Shown: piece after piece, positions 52,166-62,182 of the stretch
How positions within the stretch are numbered: position 1 is the stretch's first letter
How the letters are laid out: each line of letters starts with the position of its first letter
Origin: Candidatus Latescibacterota bacterium
GTDB taxonomy: Bacteria > Latescibacterota > UBA2968 > UBA8231
Assembly (NCBI GenBank): GCA_964291625.2
Contig: OZ220089.1
Coordinates: 3,040,001 to 3,104,000, forward strand
Direction: 5' to 3'
DNA: 64,000 nucleotides
Position numbers and translations under genes: made by a program
Notes under the pieces: generated by a model
What the model was told of the DNA's origin: nothing
The model's input: only the letters and a program-made list of their open reading frames with translations
Database searches by the model: none

Positions 52166-52300
52166 AACGAGTTCGACTCGGTGGAGGAGGACCCGCCCGA
52201 GCACATGGCGAGGGTGCGCGAGACCGCCTGCGAGCAGGGACTCTGGTACCGCGACCGCCGCCGCGAGATGGTCGACCGCTACCTTGGCGACTTCATCTAC
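52166..52300 (+). pseudogene. Duplicated fragment of the DUF362 gene
   Basis: EEDPPEHMARVRETACEQGLWYRDRRREMVDRY. Confidence 0.85.
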
Positions 52301-52337
52301 TGCTCCCCTTGTTTCGGGGGCTTGGTCGTCAGGGCCT

Positions 52338-54716
52338 CTACTCGGCCTCGCCCAGTCGGTACCCGACCTTGGATTCGTTGAAGATGTAGGTGGGGTTCCG
52401 GGCTTCGTCTCCCAGCTTGCGGCGGATGCTCTTCACGGTCGAGCGCAACGTCCCCAGATCGGCGGAAGGCGGCAGGCCCCAGACCTGCTGCAGCAGGTCT
52501 TCGTAGGTCACCGGCGTGCCCAGATCGATGGCCAGCTCCACCAGCAGCCGGTACTCGGTGGCCGTCAACGGCACCCGCTGTCCGGCCAGGGTCGCCCTTC
52601 TTCGGGCGTAGTCGACGGTCAACTCCCCGACGACCGACGGTTCCGTGGGCTGGTCCCGTCCGGGTCCGGCCCGACGGCGCAGGGCGGCCCGGATCCGGGC
52701 CGTCAGCTCCGTCGGGGAAAAGGGCTTGACCACGTAGTCGGAAGCCCCCGCGTCCAAGGCCCGGGCCATCACCTCATCCCGGCCGTAAGCGGACAGGAAG
52801 ATGACGGGCACGCGGGCCTCTTGGAAGAGCTTCTGCATCAGCTCGATGCCGTCGACCCCCGGCAGCACGAGGTCGAGCAGCACCAAGTGGGGGCGGTGCT
52901 CCTCCATGAGCAAGGACACCTGCTCCGGGTCCCCGGTCACGATGGACCGGTAGCCGGCTTTCGAGAGGGTGTCGCGCACCTTGCGCAGGGTTTCCGGGTC
53001 GTCGTCCACCACCAGGATCCGGGGCCCCTTCCCCCCGCGCTTCCGTCGTCGGCGGGAAGCCGGGGCGGGTTCCGCCGAAGCCATTCCGGTCTCCTCGGCG
53101 ATGGGGAGGGTGAAGGTGATGCGGGTACCCCGGCCGGCGCCGTCGCTGGCCGCCCGGATGCGTCCTCCGTGGGTTTCCACGAGGCCACGGCAGATGGCCA
53201 GGCCCAGACCTGACCCCCCATTCCCCTCCTCCCGGTCGGATCCCTCGAGGCGGGGGAACTTCCGGAACAGGTGCGGCAGCTGCTCGGCCGGCACCCCCCG
53301 GCCCCGGTCGGAGACCGTGACGGCCACATGGACCTCCTCCCTCGCCGCCGCTACCCGGATGGGTGTTGACCCGGGCGCATGCCGAGCGGCGTTGGACAGC
53401 AGGTTGCCCAGGACCTGGACGATGCGCATCCGGTCCGCCATCACGGGGGGGAGATCGGGGGGCAGCTCGATCCGCAGGTTGTCGGCTCCCTCGCGGCCCG
53501 AGAAGCTGTTGCGGGCCTGTTCCACCAGCTCGGCCACGGACGTCGGTTCGGGATTGACCTGCAAGGTGCCGGTCTCCATGCGGGCCACGTCCAGCAGATC
53601 GTTGATCAGCCCGCTCATGTGGTCGGTCTGCTGGTTGATGATGCGGAAGAACTGGCGGACCATCCCGGCGTCGTTCAGCACGGACGGGTCGTCCAGCACG
53701 GTGGCCGCCGAGCCCTTGATGGAGGTCAGGGGGACGCGCAGCTCGTGGCTCACCATGGCCAGGAACTCGGCCCGCAACCGCTCCTGCTCCTCGAGCGGGG
53801 TCAGGTCCTGCAGGGTCACGACATAGGAGTCGATCTCCCCTTCCTCCGAGGGGATGGGCGTGGCATTGACCAGGGTGGTGACCGATTCTCCCCCGGGCCC
53901 CTGCATGACGATCTCCTCGGCGCGCACCGTCTCCCCGGCGCTCAAGGCCTGGGCCAGGGAGAGCTCCTCCAGGGAGACCTCCCGCCCGTCGCCTCGTTGG
54001 AAGGTCAGGATCCGGAGAAGATCCTCCGGCGACTGGTCCGCCGGCCGCAGGCCCTCGACGATCCTCCTCGCCTCCCGGTTCAGCGATCTGGGCGCGCCCG
54101 TCCTCGCGTCGAAGACCACCACGCCCACCGGGGAGGTGTGGATCAGGGTCTCCAGGTCGGTCCGGGCCCGCTGCTCGTCCCGGTAGCGGCGGGCGTTGGC
54201 GATCACCAGGGCCGCCTGGGAGGCGAACATGACCAGGGTCTCCTCGTCTTCCCGGCTGAACTCTTCGCCGGCTTGCTCTGCTTCCTTGCCGGCCAGGAAG
54301 AGGTGGCCGACCCGTTCGCCCCGGTGGAGCACCGGCGCCGCCAGAAAGCAGATGACCGGACCGACCTGCAGGGCCAGCCCTACCTCGGGCCGGCCCTGTG
54401 ACTGGAGATGGCCGAGCAGATCCGGGAGCCGGAGTGGGGAGGAAAAGCCGCCGAGGTAGTCGTAGAGCCGCACCCCCTCGGGCACGTCCCAGAGCTGCCG
54501 GTCCTCTTCGGCCGTCATCCCGGAGGAGAGGAAGTCCCGGGGACTACCCGAGTCGTCCAGGAAGGTCATCACTCCGTAGCGGGCTCCCGTCAGCGACCGG
54601 GCCGAGTCCAGGACCCCTTGCAGCACCGTGGGGTAGTCGAGGCTCTCGTTGATGCGCAGGCTGGCCTGGCTCAACCGGGTCAGGCGCTCCCGCAGGACCT
54701 CGTGGTCACGTTCCAT
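52338..54716 (-). CDS. Hybrid sensor-regulator: GAF-PAS-HisKA-HATPase-REC-OmpR winged helix
   Basis: EFLAMVSHELRVPLTSIKG, NLLSNA, DRGRG, GSGLGL, ILVVDDD, LLDLVLPG, DYVVKPFSP, IRRKLGD...GYRL. Confidence 0.93.
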   Translation of the reverse strand: MERDHEVLRERLTRLSQASLRINESLDYPTVLQGVLDSARSLTGARYGVMTFLDDSGSPRDFLSSGMTAEEDRQLWDVPEGVRLYDYLGGFSSPLRLPDLLGHLQSQGRPEVGLALQVGPVICFLAAPVLHRGERVGHLFLAGKEAEQAGEEFSREDEETLVMFASQAALVIANARRYRDEQRARTDLETLIHTSPVGVVVFDARTGAPRSLNREARRIVEGLRPADQSPEDLLRILTFQRGDGREVSLEELSLAQALSAGETVRAEEIVMQGPGGESVTTLVNATPIPSEEGEIDSYVVTLQDLTPLEEQERLRAEFLAMVSHELRVPLTSIKGSAATVLDDPSVLNDAGMVRQFFRIINQQTDHMSGLINDLLDVARMETGTLQVNPEPTSVAELVEQARNSFSGREGADNLRIELPPDLPPVMADRMRIVQVLGNLLSNAARHAPGSTPIRVAAAREEVHVAVTVSDRGRGVPAEQLPHLFRKFPRLEGSDREEGNGGSGLGLAICRGLVETHGGRIRAASDGAGRGTRITFTLPIAEETGMASAEPAPASRRRRKRGGKGPRILVVDDDPETLRKVRDTLSKAGYRSIVTGDPEQVSLLMEEHRPHLVLLDLVLPGVDGIELMQKLFQEARVPVIFLSAYGRDEVMARALDAGASDYVVKPFSPTELTARIRAALRRRAGPGRDQPTEPSVVGELTVDYARRRATLAGQRVPLTATEYRLLVELAIDLGTPVTYEDLLQQVWGLPPSADLGTLRSTVKSIRRKLGDEARNPTYIFNESKVGYRLGEAE

Positions 54717-54938
54717 AGTCGTCACTCAGCTGGGAAGAGGAACCAAGTTGGAATCTCCAGAACAGACCATTGTCCACCAAGATACCATGAAAAATGGGCC
54801 TATTTCCATCGGTTGTCCACTTGGAGGGCGTACATTTAGGGGTTGCGTCCACATCGACAGACTGCTTGGCCAAGGACCCCCGGGGGCTTGAAGCCCCCAC
54901 TGGTATAGAAGGGGACTCCTGGGGAAGGATCAAAGGCA

Positions 54939-55804
54939 ATGAGCGCTCGCGGAGGGTGGTTCCTGGCGGCCGTGTTTCTGGTATCGAGCGTCCTCTGGGC
55001 CGGCGCTCAGGCGGGGTTCTTCCCCATCGGGGCCTGGTTTCCGGGGATGCAAGGGGCAAGAGTCCCACCGACAGAGGCGGAGGAGCGCGCGGGGGGCGAA
55101 GGCGCCGGGGCCGCCGCCTCGGCAGAGGTCGCGCCGGCCGGGGGGCCCGGCCCGGCGACCCTGGCCGCCGATCCCGGCGACCGGCAGGTGGAGCGGACCT
55201 GGACGGAGGCGGGGCCCAACGGGGCCGAGGTGCAGCTGTACCGGTACCGCTACCGCACCGCGTCGGGATGGACGGGCCGCGACTGGCACAGGGTCGCCGG
55301 CCAGGGCGCCGCCCGGGACACGACGCTGACGGGTCTGAGCAACGGCACCCTCTACACCTTCGAGGTGCGGGCCAAAACCGGGAGGGCTACGGCGAGCCCG
55401 ACACGGAGACCGCCAAGCCGGTGAACCGGTCCCCGACGTGCAGCGGGCCCGAGACGGCGTCGGTGCCGGAGCGCACCCGGCGGGTGGGCACCTGCACCTG
55501 CTCGGATCCGGACCCCGGGGACGCGGTCTCCTGGTTGCTGGGGGACACCGGCGCGAGCCACTTCGGGCTGAAGACGCCCGCCACCGGCTTCGAGCTGGCT
55601 CACCGCCAGCCGGTGTCGCTGGGCGTCCACAATCTCACCGGCCAACGGGTGACGACGTTGGCGGAGGGCGTCTACCCCGGAGGGGTGTTCGCCGTCTCCT
55701 GGGACGGCCGCGACGACCGGGGCCGCGAGCTGGCCAGCGTGTACCTGGCCCGGTTGCGGCTGGGCGAGCGGGCCCTTTCTCATCCCATGACCTTGGTGAG
55801 GTGA
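54939..55804 (+). pseudogene. Collapsed giant-protein gene: signal peptide and head start, one FN3, a cadherin start, then the tail of an FlgD-Ig domain
   Basis: MSARGGWFLAAVFL...FFPIGAW, ARDTTLTGLSNGTLYTFEVRA, frameshift, NRSPTCSGP, then ...WDGRDDRGRELASVYLARL...MTLVR. Confidence 0.75.
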
Positions 55805-55809
55805 GTACA

Positions 55810-56052
55810 ATGCGACCACGGAGTGCGACAAGAAGCGGCGCGGTGTGGCGCCTTGGGTTGATCCTGCTGCTGTCGGCGACCTTGTGGCCGATGAGCCTGC
55901 TCGCCGAGGCCCCGATCGGCCGCTTCGTCATCGGGGTGTGGTCGCCGGCGGGCGGGTCCGGCGCAGACCTCCAAGACACCCCGGGGCAGGTTGTGACCGC
56001 CAGGGCGACGGGCGAAGGGGCGGAGAACGACTTCGTGACCCAGCGGTGGTGA
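55810..56052 (+). pseudogene. Short signal-peptide ORF (80 aa), probably a truncated giant-gene start
   Basis: MRPRSATRSGAVWRLGLILLLSATLWPMSLLAEAPIGRFVIGVW, the same start as 59476-59766. Confidence 0.55.
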
Positions 56053-56096
56053 GGCCATGGACCAATCAATGCAAGGCAAACCAGAGGAGATACCCC

Positions 56097-57646
56097 ATGC
56101 AACCATTGCGACGATTCTCTCTGACCGGCTTGGCGCTGCTGCTGGGGGCGCCGCTGGCGGCGGCGGGCCAGAACGACTCGGGGACGCTGGAGGTGTTGGT
56201 GGAGGGGGGGCTTCAGGGGACAGCGGCCCCTCGTCCGCCACCTTCGAGAGGCGCAAGGTTTCGGACCTGGTGAGGGTTGACATCGGGCCGGGGCGGTCGG
56301 TCACGGACCCCGGGCAACGGATCGGCACCGGTTCCGGGACTGTCATCACGCCGACGGTCACGGTGACGGACCTGGTCACCGAAGCCAGTGTGTATCCCCG
56401 GAATTTCCGCCACGTAACCTCGGACTCCCTGGGACGGATATGGACGACCGCCAGAGAACCAGAAGGGCTGTACATCTTCTCCGACAGCACTTCATGGCGG
56501 CTCGTCTCCTTCTCATCGACCCAGGGTGTCCGGGATCTCGGCCGGGACGCTCAGGGAAGGATCTGGGTGATATCAGGCTTGGACATCGTGTACCGAATCG
56601 CGGGTAGTACCGTGACGGAGTACAGCGGCTTTCGGGGTCTCGGAGTCGCGCATCTGCCCACCTTCGCGGCAGGCAGGGGAGACACGGTGTGGATGGGGGG
56701 GAACAGGGCGAAGGGGACGAATCCGGCCCTGTTGTTGCGCTTCGACGGGCGAGAGTGGCGGCGGTTCTCGCGTACCGACGGGTTGCCCCGCTATTCGTGG
56801 ATAGCCGCGATGGCGGTAGACAGCACCGGCACGGTGTGGGGCTTTCCCGGCTATGATGCTCCAGACCATATCACTCCTCCGGGTCCCCAACCTTCCCTGA
56901 TCTCGTATGACGGCCGCGAGTGGCGCGGGTGGTACTCGTTCAGGTTTGGTGGAGATCTCGGCCATATGGCAGCATACGAAGTGGGAATGGTGGTCGATCC
57001 GGGTGGCACGCTGTGGATCACAACCCCATATCTCCTGGCACACAAGACGGCCGGCGGGTGGATGTCGTACGAGTACGTCTTGACAGGAGGAGGAGGGAGC
57101 CGGATGGGACGCTCGATGGCCGCAGAGCGCGCCGGTCGTATCTGGATTGACGGAGACGGGGGCTGGATCGGGGTGTTCGAGTCCGGCCAATTCTACCGCA
57201 CAGCCACCGGCTCGAATCCGGATGTCTTCGACAGCCCGTTTCAACAGCCCGGCCAGAAGCTGTACTACGACGGGGAGGTGCTGTGGACAGCCGGGAGTCG
57301 GCTGGGCCGCTGGCGCCTGCCGGGGCCGGCGACCTCGATGGAGGATGAGATCGATCCCGAATCGTCGGGTCAGTCTCGTCTGCTCGACATCTATCCCAAC
57401 CCGTTCAATGCGCTCACCGTCATCGGCTTCGAGCTGGCTCGCCGCCAGTCGGTGTCGCTGGGCGTCCACAATCTCACCGGTCAACGGGTGACGACGTTGG
57501 CGGAGGGCGTCTACCCCGAAGGGGTGTTCGCCGTCTCCTGGGACGGCCGCGACGACCGAGGTCGCGAGCTGGCCAGCGGGGTGTACCTGGCCCGGCTGCG
57601 GTTGCCCGAGCGAGCTCTTTCCCAGCCCTTGACGCTGGTGAGGTGA
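56097..57646 (+). CDS. Secreted beta-propeller protein with C-terminal FlgD-Ig domain; G7 frameshift at 56204-56210
   Basis: Signal peptide MQPLRRFSLTGLALLL. Repeats DSLGRIW, DAQGRIW, DSTGTVW, DPGGTLW; YPNPFN tail. The paralog has G8 and is in frame. Confidence 0.8.
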
Positions 57647-57651
57647 GACCC

Positions 57652-57894
57652 ATGCGACCACGGAGTGCGACAAGAAGCGGCGCGGTGTGGCGCCTTGGGT
57701 TGATCCTGCTGCTGTCGGCGGCCCTGTGGCCGCTGAGTCTGCGCGCCGAGGCCCCGATCGGCCGCTTCGTCATCGGGGTGTGGTCGCCGGCCGGCTGGTC
57801 CGGCGCAGACCTCCAAGACACCCCGGGGCAGGTTGGGATCGCCACGGCGACGGGCGAAGGGGCGGAGAACGACTTCGAGACCCAGCGGTGGTGA
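57652..57894 (+). pseudogene. Short signal-peptide ORF (80 aa), copy 2
   Basis: Near-identical to 55810-56052. Confidence 0.55.
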
Positions 57895-57934
57895 GGCCAT
57901 GGATCAATCAAAGGCAAACCAGAGGAGATACCCC

Positions 57935-59470
57935 ATGCAACCATTGCGACGACTCTCTCTAAGCGGCTTGGCGCTGCTGCTGGGGGCACCGCTGGCTGCG
58001 GCGGCCCAAGACGACTCGGGGACGCTGGAGGTGTTGGTGGAGGGGGGGGCTTCAGGGGCCGACGGCACCTCGTCCGCCACCTTCGAGAGGCGCAAGGTCT
58101 CGGACCTGGTGAGGGTTGACATAGGGCCGGGGCGGTCGGTCACGGATCCCGGCCAACGGATCGGGACCGGTTCCGGGACCGTCATCACGCCGACGGTCAC
58201 GGTGACAGACCTGGTCACCGAAGCCAGTGGCTATCCCCGGAACTTCCGCCACGTAACCTCGGACTCCCTTGGGCGGATATGGACGACGGCAAAAAATCCA
58301 TCTGGGCTGTACACATTCTCCGACAGCACTTCATGGCGGCGCGTCTCCTTCTCAATACCCCAGGGTGTCCAGGATCTCGGCCGGGACGCGCAGGGCAGGA
58401 TCTGGGCGATAGGAAATGTCGGCTCGGTGTTCCGCATATCGGGGAATACGCTGACGGAGTACACCGGCTTCCCTGATCGAGGGCAATTGTACACTTTCGC
58501 GGCGGGGAGGGGAGACACGGTGTGGATGGGGGGATACGGCCCGGCGCGTCGGAGTCCGTCCGCGTTGCTGCGCTTCGACGGGGGAGAGTGGCGACTGTTT
58601 TCGTTGGCGGACGGGCTGCCCAGCTATTCCTGGATTGACGCGGTGGCGGTGGACAGCACCGGCACGGTGTGGGGCATGCCAGTCTATGATCTTCCCGACC
58701 ACGTCGATACTGAGGGTTCACCTCACTCCCTGGTTTCGTATGACGGCCGCGAGTGGCGCGGGTACTCGTTCTGGCTTGGAGGTCTCATAACGGCATCCGT
58801 AGTGGGAATGGTGGTCGATCCGGGTGGCACGCTGTGGATTACAACCCCATATCTCCTGGCACACAAGACGGCCAGCGGGTGGATGTCGTACGAGTACGTC
58901 TCGAGAAGAGGGGGAGGGAGCCGGATGGGACGCTCGATGGCCGCAGAGCGCTCCGGTCGTATCTGGATTCACGGAGACGGGGGCTGGATCGGGGTGTTCG
59001 AGTCCGGCCAATTCTACCGCACGCCCACCGGCTCGAATCCGGATGTCTTCGGCAGCCCGTTGAATCGGCCCCACCGGAAGCTGTACTACGACGGGGAGGT
59101 GCTGTGGACAGCCGGGAGTCGGCTGGGCCGCTGGCGCCTGCCTGGGCCGGAGACCTCCATGGAGGACGAACCCGGCAGCCCGGGAGCGTCGGGTCAATCT
59201 CGTCTGCTCGACAGCTATCCCAATCCGTTCAATGCACGCACCATCATCGGCTTCGAGCTGGACAGCCGCCAGCCGGTGTCGTTGCGCGTCCACAATCTCA
59301 CCGGTCAACGGGTGACGACCCTGGCAGAAGGCGTCTACCCCGAAGGGGTGTTCGTCCTCTCCTGGGATGGCCGCGACGACCATGGCCAGCCAGTTGGCAG
59401 CGGCGTGTACCTGGCCCGGTTGCGGCTGGCCGAGCGAGCTCTTTCCCAGCCCTTGACGCTGGTGAGGTGA
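57935..59470 (+). CDS. Secreted beta-propeller protein with C-terminal FlgD-Ig domain (511 aa)
   Basis: GAGGAG RBS, signal peptide, DxxGxxW blade repeats, SYPNPFN...GSGVYLARL. Confidence 0.88.
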   Translation: MQPLRRLSLSGLALLLGAPLAAAAQDDSGTLEVLVEGGASGADGTSSATFERRKVSDLVRVDIGPGRSVTDPGQRIGTGSGTVITPTVTVTDLVTEASGYPRNFRHVTSDSLGRIWTTAKNPSGLYTFSDSTSWRRVSFSIPQGVQDLGRDAQGRIWAIGNVGSVFRISGNTLTEYTGFPDRGQLYTFAAGRGDTVWMGGYGPARRSPSALLRFDGGEWRLFSLADGLPSYSWIDAVAVDSTGTVWGMPVYDLPDHVDTEGSPHSLVSYDGREWRGYSFWLGGLITASVVGMVVDPGGTLWITTPYLLAHKTASGWMSYEYVSRRGGGSRMGRSMAAERSGRIWIHGDGGWIGVFESGQFYRTPTGSNPDVFGSPLNRPHRKLYYDGEVLWTAGSRLGRWRLPGPETSMEDEPGSPGASGQSRLLDSYPNPFNARTIIGFELDSRQPVSLRVHNLTGQRVTTLAEGVYPEGVFVLSWDGRDDHGQPVGSGVYLARLRLAERALSQPLTLVR

Positions 59471-59475
59471 GACCC

Positions 59476-59766
59476 ATGCGACCACGGAGTGTGACAAGAA
59501 GCGGCGCGGTGTGGCGCCTTGGGTTGATCCTGCTGCTGTCGGCGATCCTGTGGCCGATGAGCCTGCGCGGCGAGGCCCCGGTCGGCCGTTTCGTCATCGG
59601 GGTGTGGTCTCCGGCCGGCTGGTCGGGCGCCGATCGCGATTCGTACGATCGGTTCTTCACCCAAAGTGATGCGGACCACTTGTCGGAGCTCGGCGTTAAC
59701 CTGCTAGTTCAGACGCCCCGGATCGGACATCAGGCCCGCGTCGGCAAGCTCGCGCTCATCCGGTAG
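59476..59766 (+). pseudogene. Giant-protein gene reduced to its ends (signal plus head start fused to the last residues of the C-terminal domain)
   Basis: ...FVIGVW...LSELGVNLLVQTPRIGHQARVGKLALIR*. The end and the following tagggggat match the end of 43433-52135 (VRVGKIALIR, tagggggaa). Confidence 0.75.
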
Positions 59767-60664
59767 GGGGATTGGCCGCCAGCATCGCCGCGCCGAAGAC
59801 GCCGGCCGAGTCGCCCAGCTCGTTGCGCACCACCCGCGTGTCGAGGCGGTCGTTGAAGACGCAGCGGGACATCTCCTCGACGCCGCGGCCGTAGAGGGCG
59901 TCGACGTTGCTGACCCCGCCGCCGAGGACGACCACGTGGGGATCGAGGATGTTGACCACCGAGGCCAGGGCGCGGCCGAAGCCCTCCGCGAGCCGCTCCA
60001 CGGCGGCCACCGCCGCCTCGTCCGTCCCCGCCTCCGCCCGGGTGGCGATCTCCGCCAGCTCTCGCCGGACGCCGCTGCGCTCCTCGTAGAACCTCTCCAG
60101 GCCGGGGCCTGACACCACCGTCTCGACGCATCCCCGGCGGCCGCAGTAGCACGGATCTCCCCCGGGGTCGAGGATGTTGTGGCCCCACTCGCCGGCGATG
60201 CCCTGACCGCCGTGCAGCACCCGGCCGTCGACGACGACGCCCCCGCCGACCCCGGTGCCGAGGATGACCCCGAAGAGGATGCCGGCCCCCCGGCCGGCGC
60301 CGAGGCGGGCCTCGGCGAGGGCGAAGCAGTTGGCGTCGTTGGCCATCTCCACCGGGCAGCCGAGGTCGGCGGTCAGGTCGTCGAGCAGGGGGCGGCCGTT
60401 GAGGCAGGTGGCGTTGGAGTTCTTCAGGGTCCGGGAGCGGGGGTCCAGCACGCCGGGGGTGCCGATGCCGAGGACCTCGGGCCGGTGCCCGGCCTCGGCG
60501 GCCAGCCCCTCCACCAACTCGGCGACGCGCCCGCGCACCCGGTCGTAGCCGAGGTGGCTGTCGGTGGGCACCCGCAGCCGGCACAGGGGCTGAAGGGAGT
60601 CGGCCGCCGGCAGCACGACGCCCTCGATCTTGGTGCCCCCCAGGTCGATCCCCCAGAAGCTCAC
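59756..60664 (-). CDS. ROK family sugar kinase
   Basis: GIDLGGTK, ANDANCFALAE, LGTGVGGG, GEWGH, CYCGRRGCVE. Confidence 0.92.
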   Translation of the reverse strand: MSFWGIDLGGTKIEGVVLPAADSLQPLCRLRVPTDSHLGYDRVRGRVAELVEGLAAEAGHRPEVLGIGTPGVLDPRSRTLKNSNATCLNGRPLLDDLTADLGCPVEMANDANCFALAEARLGAGRGAGILFGVILGTGVGGGVVVDGRVLHGGQGIAGEWGHNILDPGGDPCYCGRRGCVETVVSGPGLERFYEERSGVRRELAEIATRAEAGTDEAAVAAVERLAEGFGRALASVVNILDPHVVVLGGGVSNVDALYGRGVEEMSRCVFNDRLDTRVVRNELGDSAGVFGAAMLAANPPTG

Positions 60665-62088
60665 GAGGCCGCCTCCGTCGCCGGCGGGGCCTCGCCCGAA
60701 GACTCCTCGATGACGCGCATCGACCTCCAGGGGCCGATCCGGAAGCGCCGGTAGAACACGGCTGCCACCACCGCCAGGTAGGCGACGATGAAGACCCACA
60801 CGGTGTAGACGCCGGCGTCGAACCACTCCACCGCGATCAGCGGCGGCACCACCATGATCGACAGGCCCAGCAGGAATCCGGCGTACATGATGTAGCGCGT
60901 GTCGCCGGCCCCCTTGAGGGCGGCGGTGAACACGATGTAGGCGGCGTCGAAGAGGCAGTAGAGGCCGACGATGCGCAGCAGGGAGCGGGCCAGGTCGCGG
61001 GCGTGGACGAAATCCTCGCCCGAGGCGCCGGCCCCGTAGGGCAGCAGGAAGAGGTCGGGCAGGAGGATGTAGGCGGCGGTCATGATCCCCGCGTATGCGA
61101 GGGCCACGTGGAGACCGCTCCAGGTGCAGTATTCGGCGGCGGCGGCGTCCTCGGCGCCGAGACGCTGGCCGACCATGGTGGACACGGCGATGCCGGCGCC
61201 GATGAGGGGCATGAAGGCGAGGCTGTTGATGTTGAAGGCGAGGTTGCTCGCCGTCAGTTCCAGGGTGCCCACCCGGCCGATGATGAGGATGAAGAAGGTG
61301 AAGGAGAAGATGTCGAGCATGAAGTTGACGCCGGTGGCGCCGCCGAAGCGGAGGAGGCGGGCGAAGAGGGCGCGGTCGAAGCGCCAGGAGGCGTAGGTGG
61401 CGTAGCGCCGGCGGTGGGAGGGCCGCGCCAGCAGGACGAGGTAGAGGCCGGCGCCGAAGACGGCCGCCGTGTTGGTCGCCCAGGCGGCGCCCCGCAGGCC
61501 CATCTCGGGCAGGCCCCAGGCGCCGAAGATGAGCCCGTAGTCGAGGACGATGTTGACGCCGGTGGCGGCGGCGTTGACGCCGAGGACGGACCAGGTTCGG
61601 CCGCGGCCGCTGTAGAAGCAGGCGAGGGCCGTGGACAGGATCAGGGGGCCCATGCCCCAGCAGAGGATCCGGAAGTAGACGACCTCGTTGGAGCGGATCG
61701 GCTCCTCGTGGCCGATGAGGTCGAAGATCGGCACCGCCATCAGCGCCACCAGGACCCCGGCCACGGCGCTCAGCATCGCCAGGTAGCCGCCCTGCCACAG
61801 GGCGGCGCCGACCCGCTCGGGGCGGCCGGCGCCGACGTACTGGGCGACGAAGGTGTTGACGTACCCCGCGATGCCCAGGAAGAAGCTGACGACGACGAAG
61901 CTCGTCAGCCCCGCCGGCAGGGAGGCGGCCAGGGCGTCGGTGGAGTACCAGGTGAGGAAGACGCGGTCGACGAAGTGCTGGATGCTCCAGCTCGCCGTGG
62001 ACAGGATCAGGGGAAAGGCGATCTGCAGGAACTCGCGGTAGCCGCCGGGGGCGGACCAGCGCGAGCGCAGGGCCGCGGTGATCGTCAA
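60661..62088 (-). CDS. MATE family efflux transporter
   Basis: IAFPLIL, VAQYVGAG, NIVLDYGLIFG...GAAWAT, VGQRLGA, ALKGAGDT; start codon uncertain. Confidence 0.88.
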   Translation of the reverse strand: MTITAALRSRWSAPGGYREFLQIAFPLILSTASWSIQHFVDRVFLTWYSTDALAASLPAGLTSFVVVSFFLGIAGYVNTFVAQYVGAGRPERVGAALWQGGYLAMLSAVAGVLVALMAVPIFDLIGHEEPIRSNEVVYFRILCWGMGPLILSTALACFYSGRGRTWSVLGVNAAATGVNIVLDYGLIFGAWGLPEMGLRGAAWATNTAAVFGAGLYLVLLARPSHRRRYATYASWRFDRALFARLLRFGGATGVNFMLDIFSFTFFILIIGRVGTLELTASNLAFNINSLAFMPLIGAGIAVSTMVGQRLGAEDAAAAEYCTWSGLHVALAYAGIMTAAYILLPDLFLLPYGAGASGEDFVHARDLARSLLRIVGLYCLFDAAYIVFTAALKGAGDTRYIMYAGFLLGLSIMVVPPLIAVEWFDAGVYTVWVFIVAYLAVVAAVFYRRFRIGPWRSMRVIEESSGEAPPATEAAS

Positions 62089-62182
62089 GGAGCGCCGCCG
62101 GTTGCCGGCGTCTGTCGAATGCCTAGGTTTCGCACCTCTTCCCCTTGCACAGAAGCACCTGAATCTCTCTCCCCGTCGAGAC

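Larger units (their letters stand above)
55586..59630. repeat. Tandem ~1.83-kb units (about 2.2 copies): FlgD tail, short ORF, beta-propeller gene
   Basis: Matching blocks start at ~55586, ~57425 and ~59249; atgcgaccacggagtg at 55810, 57652 and 59476. Confidence 0.9.

Noticed and set aside
55586-59630. Diversity-generating retroelement VR/TR pair
   Set aside because: Differences between copies are not adenine-restricted and include indels; there is no reverse transcriptase in the window.
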